Part shown: piece after piece, positions 1-12,261 of the stretch
Position numbering within the stretch: position 1 is the first letter of the stretch
Layout: every line of letters starts with the position of its first letter
DNA from: Trichinella spiralis
Lineage: Eukaryota
Assembly: GCF_000181795.1 (NCBI RefSeq)
Contig: NW_003526947.1
Coordinates: 72,622-116,157 of the forward strand
Length of the DNA stretch: 43,536 bases
Direction of reading: 5' to 3'
Notes under the pieces: generated by a model
What the model saw: the letters and a program-made list of their open reading frames with translations, nothing else
What the model was told of the DNA's origin: nothing
Database searches by the model: none
Position numbers and translations under genes: made by a program

Positions 1-3000
1 CCGCAATTTTCTTTTTTCCATATCAGGACTCGAAACCCCGATATAACAACTCTGCACAACCACAGGCAAGTGATACGCTTACGCCACGTTCACTGCCCCG
101 ATGAAATGAAAAATGAATTGTATTTAAAGCAAAAACAATGCATAAATTCTACTTTTAAAATATCTAAAATAATTCTTGATAATTTTCAATTCTTTAAAAA
201 CAATTTAATATGAATTACAAAGTAAATGAATTAAAATATTAAAATGATATTTTTATTATTAAAATGAAGAAATATATTGAGAAATAAATTTTTTCAACTG
301 CAATAATGATTCATTTTATATATATATTTTGGTTTAACATTTTCTGTCACAACAATATAATGTAATATAATATAATACATGTATATACATTTATATACAT
401 ATACATTCCCCTAATTTTTAAACAGAAAAAATATAGTTGGACTTTTTCATCTTGAACCACAATATTTTTTTAACTTTGAATGCCTGGCAATTTGCGATTG
501 ATTATTAAAAAAATTCAACTAGTTTAAATCTGTTTGATTTTTTAAAAGGCACCGATCAATAAGACTAAAAATAAGTAGAATTAGAGTGTAAGCGGATAGA
601 TTTTAGTGATTTATGTGAATATCCCATTAACAATAAAACAAAATAAAAACCAAATTAGGTGTGCATTGCAAGTAATAGGGATAGAGTAAGCGCTTCACAG
701 TGAACACACAACGGCAAAAGTAACAACGAGCTAAAAAAAGTTTTGCAACCGCAGTCATATGAATCATCAGTTTGTCAAGTCACTTAGATCAGATCATTTA
801 ACTGAAATAAGCATTTTCAGTTGAAAGCTTGTAAATAATAGCATGAATATCAACATTTCTCTTCATCAAAGAAATACAGTAGAAAATACCAACCTAATAT
901 AGTGAAAATAGGCATAAAAATATGTAAAAAATGGAAAAAGTCATATATCAATTTCTTTTTAGCTGTCGTAAATGCTGCTACGTGGATCAGGATTCATTTT
1001 TGTTGTTTTTTCCCAAATTTATTGGTGAAAAGGATATCCAGGGGTGGGGAACGTTCCCCAACCCTGTTTTNNNNNNNNNNTTATTAAAAAAAATATTCAA
1101 CTAATTTAAATTTTTTTTGATTTTTTAAAAGGCCCCCGATCATTAGGCTGGAAAAAATTAAGTTGAATTAGAGGTTAAGCGGATAGATTTTTAGTGATTT
1201 AATGTGAATTATCCCATTTACCATAAACCAAAATTAAAAACCAAATTAGATGTGCATTGCAAGTAAATGGGGATAGAGTAAGCGTTCACAGTGAAACCCC
1301 ACAACGGCAAAAGTAACAACGAGCTAAAAAAAGTTTTTGCAACCGCAGTCATATCAATCATCAGTTTGTCAAGTCACTTAGATCAGATCATTTAACTGAA
1401 AAAAGCATTTTCAGTTGAAAGCTTGTAAATAATAGCATGAATATCAACATTTCTCTTCATCAAAGAAATACAGTAGAAATACCAACCTAATATAGTGAAA
1501 ATAGGCATAAAAATATGTAAAAAATGGAAAAAGTCATATATCAATTTCTTTTAGCTGTCGTAAATGCTGCTACGTGATCAGGATTCATTTTGTTGTTTTT
1601 TCTCAAAATTTATTGTGAAAAGGGATCCCAGGGTTGGGAACGTCCCAAACCCTGTTTTGTGCATTTGAGCTTTTGCTTGTTAGCTCTACACACGGTCTTT
1701 GCGCTGCGCTTTACGCCGCAATTTTCTTTTTTCATATCAGGACTCGAACCCTGATATAACAACTCTGCACAAACCCAGGCAAGTGATACGTTTACGCCAC
1801 GTTCACTGCCCCAATGAAATGAAAAATAAATTGTATTTAAAGCAAAAGCAATGCATAAATTCTACTTTTGAAATATCTAAAATAATTCTTGATAATTTTC
1901 AATTCTTTAAAAACAATTTAATATGAATTACAAAGTAAATGAATTAAAATATTAAAATGATATTTTTATTATTAAAATGAAGAAATATATTGAGAAATAA
2001 ATTTTTTCAACTGCAATAATGATTCATTTTATATATATATTTTGGTTTAACATTTTCTGTCACAACAATATAATGTAATATAATATAATACATGTATATA
2101 CATTTATATACATATACATTCCCCTAATTTTTAAACAGAAAAAATATAGTTGGACTTTTTCATCTTGAACCACAATATTTTTTTAACTTTGAATGCCTAG
2201 CAATTTGCGATTGATTATTAAAAAAATTCAACTAGTTTAAATCTGTTTGATTTTTTAAAAGGCACTGATCAATAAGACTGAAAAAATAAGTAGAATTAGA
2301 GTGTAAGCGGATAGATTTTAGTGATTTATGTGAATATCCCATTAACAATAAAACAAAATGAAAACCAAATTAGATGTGCATTGCAAGTAATAGGGATAGA
2401 GTAAGCGCTTCACAGTGAACACACAACGGCAAAAGTAACAACGAGCTAAAAAAAGTTTTGCAACCGCAGTCATATGAATCATCAGTTTGTCAAGTCACTT
2501 AGATCAGATCATTTAACTGAAATAAGCATTTTCAGTTGAAAGCTTGTAAATAATAGCATGAATATCAACATTTCTCTTCATCAAAGAAATACAGTAGAAA
2601 TACCAACCTAATATAGTGAAAATAGGCATAAAAATATGTAAAAAATGGAAAAAGTCATATATCAATTTCTTTTAGCTGTCGTAAATGCTGCTACGTGATC
2701 AGGATTCATTTTGTTGTTTTTTCTCAAAATTTATTGTGAAAAGGGATCCCAGGGTTGGGAACGTCCCAAACCCTGTTTTGTGTATTAGAGCTTTTGCTTG
2801 TTAGCTCTACACACGGTCTTTGCGCTGCGCTTTACGCCGCAATTTTCTTTTTTCATATCAGGACTCGAACCCCGATATAACAACTCTGCACAACCCCAGG
2901 CAAGTGATACGCTTACGCCACGTTCACTGCCCCGATGAAATGAAAAATGAATTGTATTTAAAGCAAAAACAATGCATAAATTCTACTTTTAAAATATCCA

Positions 3001-5020
3001 AAATAATTCTTGATAATTTTCAATTCTTTAAAAACAATTTAATATGAATTACAAAGTAAATGAATTAAAATATTAAAATGATATTTTTATTATTAAAATG
3101 AAGAAATATATTGAGAAATAAATTTTTTCAACTGCAATAATGATTCATTTTATATATATATTTTGGTTTAACATTTTCTGTCACAACAATATAATGTAAT
3201 ATAATATAATACATGTATATACATTTATATACATATACATTCCCCTAATTTTTAAACAGAAAAAATATAGTTGGACTTTTTCATCTTGAACCACAATATT
3301 TTTTTAACTTTGAATGCCTGGCAATTTGCGATTGATTATTAAAAAAATTCAACTAGTTTAAATCTGTTTGATTTTTTAAAAGGTACCGATCAATAAGACT
3401 GAAAAAATAAGTAGAATTAGAGTGTAAGCGGATAGATTTTAGTGATTTATGTGAATATCCCATTAACAATAAAACAAAATGAAAACCAAATTAGATGTGC
3501 ATTGCAAGTAATAGGGATAGAGTAAGCGCTTCACAGTGAACACACAACGGCAAAAGTAACAACGAGCTAAAAAAAGTTTTGCAACCGCAGTCATATCAAT
3601 CATCAGTTTGTCAAGTCACTTAGATCAGATCATTTAACTGAAATAAGCATTTTCAGTTGAAAGCTTGTAAATAATAGCATGAATATCAACATTTCTCTTC
3701 ATCAAAGAAATACAGTAGAAATACCAACCTAATATAGTGAAAATAGGCATAAAAATATGTAAAAAATGGAAAAAGTCATATATCAATTTCTTTTAGCTGT
3801 CGTAAATGCTGCTACGTGATCAGGATTCATTTTGTTGTTTTTTCTCAAAATTTATTGTGAAAAGGGATCCCAGGGTTGGGAACGTCCCAAACCCTGTTTT
3901 GTGTATTAGAGCTTTTGCTTGTTAGCTCTACACACGGTCTTTGCGCTGCGCTTTACGCCGCAATTTTCTTTTTTCATATCAGGACTCGAACCCCGATATA
4001 ACAACTCTGCACAACCCCAGGCAAGTGATACGCTTACGCCACGTTCACTGCCCCGATGAAATGAAAAATGAATTGTATTTAAAGCAAAAACAATGCATAA
4101 ATTCTACTTTTAAAATATCTAAAATAATTCTTGATAATTTTCAATTCTTTAAAAACAATTTAATATGAATTACAAAGTAAATGAATTAAAATATTAAAAT
4201 GATATTTTTATTATTAAAATGAAGAAATATATTGAGAAATAAATTTTTTCAACTGCAATAATGATTCATTTTATATATATATTTTGGTTTAACATTTTCT
4301 GTCACAACAATATAATGTAATATAATATAATACATGTATATACATTTATATACATATACATTCCCCTAATTTTTAAACAGAAAAAATATAGTTGGACTTT
4401 TTCATCTTGAACCACAATATTTTTTTAACTTTGAATGCCTGGCAATTTGCGATTGATTATTAAAAAAATTCAACTAGTTTAAATCTGTTTGATTTTTTAA
4501 AAGGCACCGATCAATAAGACTGAAAAAATAAGTAGAATTAGAGTGTAAGCGGATAGATTTTAGTGATTTATGTGAATATCCCATTAACAATAAAACAAAA
4601 TGAAAACCAAATTAGGTGTGCATTGCAAGTAATAGGGATGGAGTAAGCGCTTCACAGTGTACACACAACGGCAAAAGTAACAACGAGCTAAAAAAAGTTT
4701 TGCAACCGCAGTCATATCAATCATCAGTTTGTCAAGTCACTTAGATCAGATCATTTAGCTGAAATAAGCATATTCAGTTGAAAGCTTGTAAATTATAGCA
4801 TGAATATCAGCATTTCTCTTCATCAAAGAAATACAGTAGAAATACCAACCTAATATAGTGAAAATAGGCATAAAAATATGTAAAAAATGGAAATAGTCAT
4901 ATATCAATTTCTTTTAGCTGTCGTAAATGCTGCTACGTGATCAGGATTCATTTTGTTGTTTTTTCTCAAAATTTATTGTGAAAAGGGATCCCAGGGTTGG
5001 GGTCGTCACATACACTGTTT
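1..5020. repeat. 1121-bp tandem repeat array (about 4.5 copies visible, runs off the left edge, interrupted by a 10-N gap at 1071-1080)
   Basis: Near-identical blocks recur at an exact 1121-bp period (equivalent ORF starts 1699, 2820, 3941; GGACTCGAACC at 1740, 2861, 3982). The last copy decays at ~5000-5020, just before the hAT TIR. Confidence 0.97.
2739..2933 (-). ncRNA. Candidate Pol III (tRNA-type promoter) structured RNA or SINE-like cassette, one per 1121-bp unit (also ~1618-1812, ~3860-4054, partial at 1-100)
   Basis: Minus strand: A-box-like TGGCGTAAGC (2920-2911) and consensus B-box GGTTCGAGTCC (2871-2861) about 40 nt apart. Four hairpins. The first T4 run comes just after the GC-rich terminal hairpin (plus-strand AAAA 2739-2742). 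No full tRNA cloverleaf. Confidence 0.35.
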
Positions 5021-5032
5021 TATTGACTAGAG

Positions 5033-6475
5033 CAGTGGTTCTCAAACTTTTCTGGGCTGCGACCCACTTTGGTCCACGATAAATTTTCGCGGCCCACCGG
5101 CTTGCAATGCATTTTTTAAAAGGGAAGGATATATTTCAGTAAAACATATAAGTTTTATACTTTTATTTATTTTTAATGAATACATCTGATTATAATGTAT
5201 ATGTTTATTAGTGAGATGCATAATGCGGTGTGTGGGAACAATGTGCTTGTTTTCTGTTTTGACTGATGTCTTCTTCGATGTCCACACTAATATGTGTTAG
5301 TTTTAGACGCAAGGTGTTGGATAATTGTAGTTTATTTCGTAATTTGGTTTTAATTCCAATCATTGCTGAAAATCCAATTTTGCACATGTTCGAAGTAGTA
5401 AAAGAGAGGAGCACTTTTAATCTCTTACGATCAAAACTCTCTTTAAACGAATAATCTTCAGACAAATCGATTAATTTTTCGTTTGCCTTCGTAGATATGC
5501 CAGTAGCCACAACATCACCCTGAAACGGATTTACAATCCAGATATTTTTATCACAGAATTTCTTTTCTTCACTGAAGTAATAATCAAAACTTTCTTTCAA
5601 CGAATCTAGATGTGCAACTATCATAGAGATTAAGTCCTCATCTAGTGTCGCTACTTTTTCGACGATAAAAGTCGCCAATGTCTCGAAACAACAATAATTT
5701 CCGTCTTTAACATTTTTTTCCATAAATAAAGCTTTTTCATAAAACCTCGAATCTTATCATGTACTGAAAATATGTCAGCTGCGTCCATCCATTGTAGATA
5801 TAAATTTAGTTCATTTAATTTCGAAAATATGTCTGCAAATAAGTGAGCTTAAGAACGAATTTCTCATCCCGCAATACTTTCGAGTAATCACTTTGTTCTT
5901 TCAGAAATATTGCAACTTCTTCGCGGAGTTCAACAAGTCTTGTTAGCACTTTACCCCTTGACAGCCAACGTACATCAGAATGGAAAAGAAGAGATTTGTG
6001 GCAGCTTCCCATCTCTTCGCACAGTTTTTCAAATAAGCGAGACTGTAACCGTTTACTCTTAATGAAGTTGATGATTTTCACGGCAGTGTTTAAAACATTT
6101 TTTAAATCGTCTGATATAGTTTTTGATACCAATGCTTCTCTATGAATGCTGCAGTGAGTCCATGAAGCATTAGGACTTTGTCTAAGAACGCGTGTCACAA
6201 CACCACTGTCCTTACGACACATTGCCCGTGCACCATCCGTACATATACCAACACAGTTCCTCCAGTCCAACTCCTTCGATTTTACATAAGCGTCAAGAGT
6301 TTCAAATATTTCCTCACTAGTACCCCCAAATAATTGGTTCACAAAACAGTATATCCTCATGCGGCTCACTGTTCCATACAAAAAGGATAAATGCAATCAA
6401 TTGGGATAAACCTTGTATATCCGTGGACTCATCCAGCTGCAGGGTAAAAAATTTACTTCCTTTAGAGAACCACTG
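5033..6475 (-). mobile_element. Buster/Charlie-type hAT DNA transposon, internally deleted, non-autonomous
   Basis: TIRs CAGTGGTTCTC at 5033 and its reverse complement GAGAACCACTG ending at 6475. Both 8-bp flanks have the nnnTAnnn Buster target pattern (GACTAGAG, TTTTAAAC). Contains hAT transposase fragments. Confidence 0.92.
5208..6460 (-). pseudogene. Frameshifted Buster-family (ZBED5/SCAND3-like) transposase
   Basis: Motifs FTLQLDESTD, LFCEPI, VGICTDGARAM, WTHCSIHREAL, VRWLSRGKVL and LLSFTTSNMCKIGFS spread over three frames. BED finger absent. The position expected for the catalytic Glu reads K. Confidence 0.92.
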
Positions 6476-8279
6476 TTTTAAACTATTTATTGTTGCGTTT
6501 TTACCATTTTTTACGTTCACCAATTTTTAGTCAAATGGAATTTTACATTTTCCATTTGTAATAAACTCAGAAAGAAAAATAACATTTTCTTCTCTAAGAA
6601 TAATTAATGATTCATAAACATTGACAACATTAATAATGTTATAAACTACGTAAGCCATCTTCAGTTTGCGCTTAATTATGTTACAATGAATCATTTTGTA
6701 AATACATAAAAAAATAATACGAAGTAACAAGCTGTTTTCCTGTGAAAGAAATAATCTTTAACAAGGATAAGCCCATAACCTGTAATTGCTTAAACTGAAG
6801 TTCACTTCATGAATATTGATCACTCCACAGCAAATAACGTAAAGGAAGGAAGCAAGCGTATCATTTTTCATAGGACAACTTTTCATGAAAATTGAAAAGC
6901 TTAATTTTGAAAACCGATGCGTTAAACAACCTCGCCTCGTTGCATAAAGTTTCAACGTCTAATTTCATCTTATTTTGGATAGCTTATTCTCAGCGTGATA
7001 GAAAAAATAAAATTATTATATTATTCATTTATATTGCACTACTATTTTGGAATTTCAAAATGCATTCACACAAATCTATTCGATAACTTTCAAGATGAAA
7101 TTTCAAGAATTATAAAACAGTAATATTTTATTATGCTCAACAGTTTCATTTACTGGTAATTAAGCATCTTTTCTATGAAATCCTTTGCATCAAAATTTTC
7201 TGATCTTTTGATCAAATTCAATATGTCACTTTAACATGCTGTGTGAAGCTGCAGCAAGAATTATCCAGTACATTTTAAATAAACAGAATCCAAAAATGGT
7301 TTAATAACTATCATATAACACAAGAAAACTGCCGGTGCTAAACTTTCTTAAAACTCAACGACGATGCGTAGTTCTAAAGCCATTCAAATACTTGTCTTAC
7401 TTATTTCTGTTTATTTATCATTTATCACAATCTGGTAAAACAAAATTGCTAACATGATTGCTAATTATTGGGAGTTATTCATTAATATTCACTATCCCCA
7501 CAATTCATAATTATAATAAAGAAAATAACTTTACCCATGTAAAAATGTAACGAATTAGAAAAATGTTTCGTTGAAGATGTTGACAATATTGTGCAATTTT
7601 ATGCTACCTTTGTTGCTTGCTATCTAATTTGCAATAACATCGTATTTTTGGTCGAATAAACAATTTGCTAAAACGCACTGTAACACAAAAAATGTAAAAT
7701 TGTATCAAATATGTAATAAGGATTTCTCATTTTAGATGAATTTCCTTTCTGAATTGTGAGTATTCTTTAAAGAAGAAATTTTGAAGGTCAGGGATACTGT
7801 GTTACGTACAAAAGAATATGCAAGAGCAGTTGATACTAGAATTGACATTTTTTTGCTCGTAAAAATTGAAAAACAATAAAGTAAACTTTTAGGCCTAATA
7901 TTCAAATTTGTTTTAATATACTATGACCATTTGTTTTCCTTAATCATTCATAGTCCCATTTGGTGATAGTACCCCGATGAACAAATCATCATGAATTGTG
8001 CTGACAAGATTAAAATGTTTAACAAATCTTTCTAATTAATTTAATTCAACTACCTGAAACACAGATTTTCAAAAATATTATAACTGTAGTGTTTACTGTT
8101 TTAGATACGTTTAAAAGGTTTGTAATTTTTCGTTGAAAGGGCTTTAAGTTATCCTTATATTTTTTTCTAAAAAATTCCAATAAATTCTCAATAAATTTTA
8201 ATGTGCCACCTTTTGATACAAGAAAATACATTTTCTGAACAGCATTTAATTAATTTTGTCTGTTAATTAATATTCACTG

Positions 8280-9724
8280 TTGGTCGGGGACAAATTTTCA
8301 CCGCCTTTTCTTACTGGTCGTTGAACTCGCTATTTCATTGGACCCTCAATTCGTCGTCTTATTACTTTTCCTTATCTAATTGTTCATTGATTCAAACTCT
8401 TCAGTTGTGATTAGCTATAATATTCTTCATTTCATTGGTTCAAATATTCCATTTAGGATTACGTAACTTTAATAGTGGTGACGTAACATTAATAATGAGA
8501 ATATTCCTAATTTGGGAATTGTTTCAATCAAGATTTATAAGTTTTATCATTCATTGAAATTTTGTTTTTCTAATATATTATTTAGTTTATACTTTATAGT
8601 GATCAACGTTTTCAATAATAATTTTTATCATTATTCTATATTTTATTATACCAGAGTGACGTTATATCACATGCGATAATTCAGAAAAACCAATACGATA
8701 CAAAAATAAATTAAATAGTGATTTTGATTTTTCACTAATCAAGAGCAGCAACAACAACAGTAAGGAACAGTCAACAACAACAACAATAAACAACATAATA
8801 GTGAACAATATTAACAAAGTGGTATCAGAGAGATTTCAAAATCACAAATTATTGTTTGTGGATTAAGATTGACGTAAGATCTTTATCCGTACATAAAGAA
8901 TAGACTTCTGGCACCAGCTTTCCCGCCAAAAAGGTATGGATGGTAAACAGTTTTTGATACCATTGTGGTACAACCTTGAAAGTACCATCAAATGCCCATG
9001 TTCGCCTGACTGCCATCAGTCTAATGTTAGAACCCGTAGCCAATACCAATATATGACTCGATGCATTCTGCCACAGCAAAAAATCTTCACCGGCCATTGT
9101 TGTCCTGAATGCTTCAGGGATTTGCTGGTCCCGACGATGTTCAGGCAGTTTTAGGTATCGCTTTGACCGGTGGCTGTACATAGTGGACTTCACTAGCTTA
9201 AAAAGCGGAAAATGGCCAGATGTAGATGGTACGGCGGACGCGGCGGAAACTTCTTCATCGTAAATGGCGAGGATGGATTTTGTTTCTTCCGCGCGTCGTT
9301 TTTTCAAAACCGCCTTTTTTTCCATTTTGTATGCTAAATGCTCGTCCACTGGGCAGCTTTCGATGTGATCCTTTTGCGTGATCACAAATGTCACATCCAG
9401 GTTTGTCCATATGACACCCTTGCAGCCTTCTCTGCCCTATACCAAAGTAACCTAATCCTTAATAACGAAGGACACACACTGTATATTTAGCGCATACTTT
9501 TGAGCAAACCCAATGTTTTCTCTGTTTATTGGTGTATCTCAATTTGTATATGTCCTTCCTTGAGAAACAAGAGACGTACTTCCACTACGATTTGTTACAA
9601 AACGCAGCTCAGAAATATCAGCCATTGTGAAAATGATGAACAGAACAGAAAATGATTCAAATAACTCTCGAATGCAAAACGCAGGACCAAACAAAAATGA
9701 ATTTGGGAACGGGTTTTTGAAATT
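8280..9724 (-). mobile_element. Mutator-like (FLYWCH-MULE) element, internally deleted; its 5' end lies in the gap
   Basis: Transposase N-half at 9625-8822 is joined directly to a family 3'-end sequence (8820-8280). That end sequence recurs at 11240-12260 (inverted), 31950-32520 and 36650-37290. Confidence 0.85.
8822..9625 (-). pseudogene. FLYWCH-MULE transposase N-terminal half with a 61-bp intron (9437-9497)
   Basis: MADISELRFVTNRSG...RKHWVCSK|GREGCKGVIWTNLD...KDHIESC, then WAFDGTFKVVPQWYQKLFTIH, and ICDFEISLIP at ~8850-8822. GTATG...TAG phase-0 intron. Exon 1 has a 2-nt frameshift. Confidence 0.85.
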
Positions 9725-10659
9725 NNNNNNNNNNNNNNNNNNNNNNNNNNNNNNNNNNNNNNNNNNNNNNNNNNNNNNNNNNNNNNNNNNNNNNNNNNNN
9801 NNNNNNNNNNNNNNNNNNNNNNNNNNNNNNNNNNNNNNNNNNNNNNNNNNNNNNNNNNNNNNNNNNNNNNNNNNNNNNNNNNNNNNNNNNNNNNNNNNNN
9901 NNNNNNNNNNNNNNNNNNNNNNNNNNNNNNNNNNNNNNNNNNNNNNNNNNNNNNNNNNNNNNNNNNNNNNNNNNNNNNNNNNNNNNNNNNNNNNNNNNNN
10001 NNNNNNNNNNNNNNNNNNNNNNNNNNNNNNNNNNNNNNNNNNNNNNNNNNNNNNNNNNNNNNNNNNNNNNNNNNNNNNNNNNNNNNNNNNNNNNNNNNNN
10101 NNNNNNNNNNNNNNNNNNNNNNNNNNNNNNNNNNNNNNNNNNNNNNNNNNNNNNNNNNNNNNNNNNNNNNNNNNNNNNNNNNNNNNNNNNNNNNNNNNNN
10201 NNNNNNNNNNNNNNNNNNNNNNNNNNNNNNNNNNNNNNNNNNNNNNNNNNNNNNNNNNNNNNNNNNNNNNNNNNNNNNNNNNNNNNNNNNNNNNNNNNNN
10301 NNNNNNNNNNNNNNNNNNNNNNNNNNNNNNNNNNNNNNNNNNNNNNNNNNNNNNNNNNNNNNNNNNNNNNNNNNNNNNNNNNNNNNNNNNNNNNNNNNNN
10401 NNNNNNNNNNNNNNNNNNNNNNNNNNNNNNNNNNNNNNNNNNNNNNNNNNNNNNNNNNNNNNNNNNNNNNNNNNNNNNNNNNNNNNNNNNNNNNNNNNNN
10501 NNNNNNNNNNNNNNNNNNNNNNNNNNNNNNNNNNNNNNNNNNNNNNNNNNNNNNNNNNNNNNNNNNNNNNNNNNNNNNNNNNNNNNNNNNNNNNNNNNNN
10601 NNNNNNNNNNNNNNNNNNNNNNNNNNNNNNNNNNNNNNNNNNNNNNNNNNNNNNNNNNN
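9725..10659. other. Assembly gap (N run)
   Basis: Run of N. Confidence 1.
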
Positions 10660-10762
10660 GGATTTTCAAAGAGAATTTCCATGCATTTTTCCATTATTTT
10701 TTTGTTTAATTAACTACAGGGGAATTTTTTTCGGGCCAAAATTTTTGCCATTTTATTCAATG
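10660..10762. repeat. Fragment of the MITE also found at 37940-38086 (inverted)
   Basis: Reverse complement matches 37958-38058 (ACATTGAATAA...AAAAAATTCCCTGTAGTTAATTAAAC...TGCATGGAAATTC). Confidence 0.7.
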
Positions 10763-12261
10763 TACGCGACTGCCGCTATGGAATGTACATAATGTAAATA
10801 TTAGGACAAATAACCACTTGGAAGGTTGGCATAATCGGCTCAACAGAAAAGCGGCTAAAAGTCATAACGGGTTTTATGAACTGCTTGAGCTCCTGATAGC
10901 GGAACAGGGTGTTATGGACACCCTGATTCAACAGGTGCTATCAGGAAACGTGACCGTTGGTGACTTAAGACGGGTAAACAGGGTTTATGCTCAAAAGCAA
11001 CGATGGGTTGCACAATATACGGGTGAATACACCAACGGTAGACGTACGCTGGAGCAGTTCCTAGCAGCTTTAATGTATTTAACGCCGGAGCCGATTTAGT
11101 GCCGCCTTCCAAGTGGTGGCTTGTATTATATTTTTATTCTATTTTGTTGTGTTGTATTGTACTATATTATATTTGTATTGTATTGTATTATACTCGTATT
11201 TTATTTCATTGTATTGTATTATTCTTTTTCGTCGTTTCTACTTTGTTAACATTGTTCACTGTTATGTTGTTTATTGTTGTTGTTGTTGGCTGTTCTTTAC
11301 TGTTGTTGTTGCTACTCTTGACTAGTGAAAAATCAAAATCACTATTTAATTTATTTTTGTATCGTATTGTTTTTTCTGAATTATTATTATCGCATTTGAT
11401 ATAACGTCACTCTGGTACAATAAAATATAGAATAATGATAAACATTATTATTGAAAACGTTGATCACTNNNNNNNNNNNNNNNNNNNNNNNNNNNNNNNN
11501 NNNNNNNNNNNNNNNNNNNNNNNNNNNNNNNNNNNNNNNNNNNNNNNNNNNNNNNNNNNNNNNNNNNNNNNNNNNNNNNNNNNNNNNNNNNNNNNNNNNN
11601 NNNNNNNNNNNNNNNNNNNNNNNNNNNNNNNNNNNNNNNNNNNNNNNNNNNNNNNNNNNNNNNNNNNNNNNNNNNNNNNNNNNNNNNNNNNNNNNNNNNN
11701 NNNNNNNNNNNNNNNNNNNNNNNNNNNNNNNNNNNNNNNNNNNNNNNNNNNNNNNNNNNNNNNNNNNNNNNNNNNNNNNNNNNNNNNNNNNNNNNNNNNN
11801 NNNNNNNNNNNNNNNNNNNNNNNNNNNNNNNNNNNNNNNNNNNNNNNNNNNNNNNNNNNNNNNNNNNNNNNNNNNNNNNNNNNNNNNNNNNNNNNNNNNN
11901 NNNNNNNNNNNNNNNNNNNNNNNNNNNNNNNNNNNNNNNNNNNNNNNNNNNNNNNNNNNNNNNNNNNNNNNNNNNNNNNNNNNNNNNNNNNNNNNNNNNN
12001 NNNNNNNNNNNNNNNNNNNNNNNNNNNNNNNNNNNNNNNNNNNNNNNNNNNNNNNNNNNNNNNNNNNNNNNNNNNNNNNNNNNNNNNNNNNNNNNNNNNN
12101 NNNNNNNNNNNNNNNNNNNNNNNNCACAACTGAAAAGTTTGAATCAATGAGCAATTAGATAAGGAAAACTAATAAGACGACGAATTGATGGTCCAATGAA
12201 ATAGCGAGTTCAACGACCAGTAAAATTAGACCGTGAAAATTTGTCCCGCAATCCACCATCC
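10763..12261 (+). mobile_element. MULE element 3' part: transposase C-terminus (~10766-11099), low-complexity 3' region and terminal sequence; contains gap 11469-12124
   Basis: RLPLWNVHNVNIRTNNHLEGWHNRLNRKA is the MULE catalytic-Glu motif. 11240-11468 and 12125-12248 are the reverse complements of 8597-8820 and 8287-8410. Confidence 0.85.

Noticed and set aside
2720..2780. Spliced-leader RNA or snRNA gene in the 1121-bp unit (minus-strand GGTTT start, AAUUUUGA Sm-like site)
   Set aside because: No GT donor ~22 nt downstream and no recognisable SL or U snRNA sequence; Sm-like motifs are common in AT-rich DNA.
2850..2935. Canonical tRNA gene
   Set aside because: B-box present, but no acceptor stem or anticodon arm could be folded.
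1699..4168. Repeated 75-aa ORFs (1699, 2820, 3941)
   Set aside because: TTG starts in a eukaryote, no domain; they recur only because of the tandem repeat.
11099..11404. Hydrophobic 101-aa 'membrane protein'
   Set aside because: Translation of TATTG/TTG low-complexity sequence in the MULE 3' non-coding region.
9539..12158. Long ORFs spanning 9.5-10.7 kb and 11.4-12.2 kb
   Set aside because: Artefacts of translating N runs.
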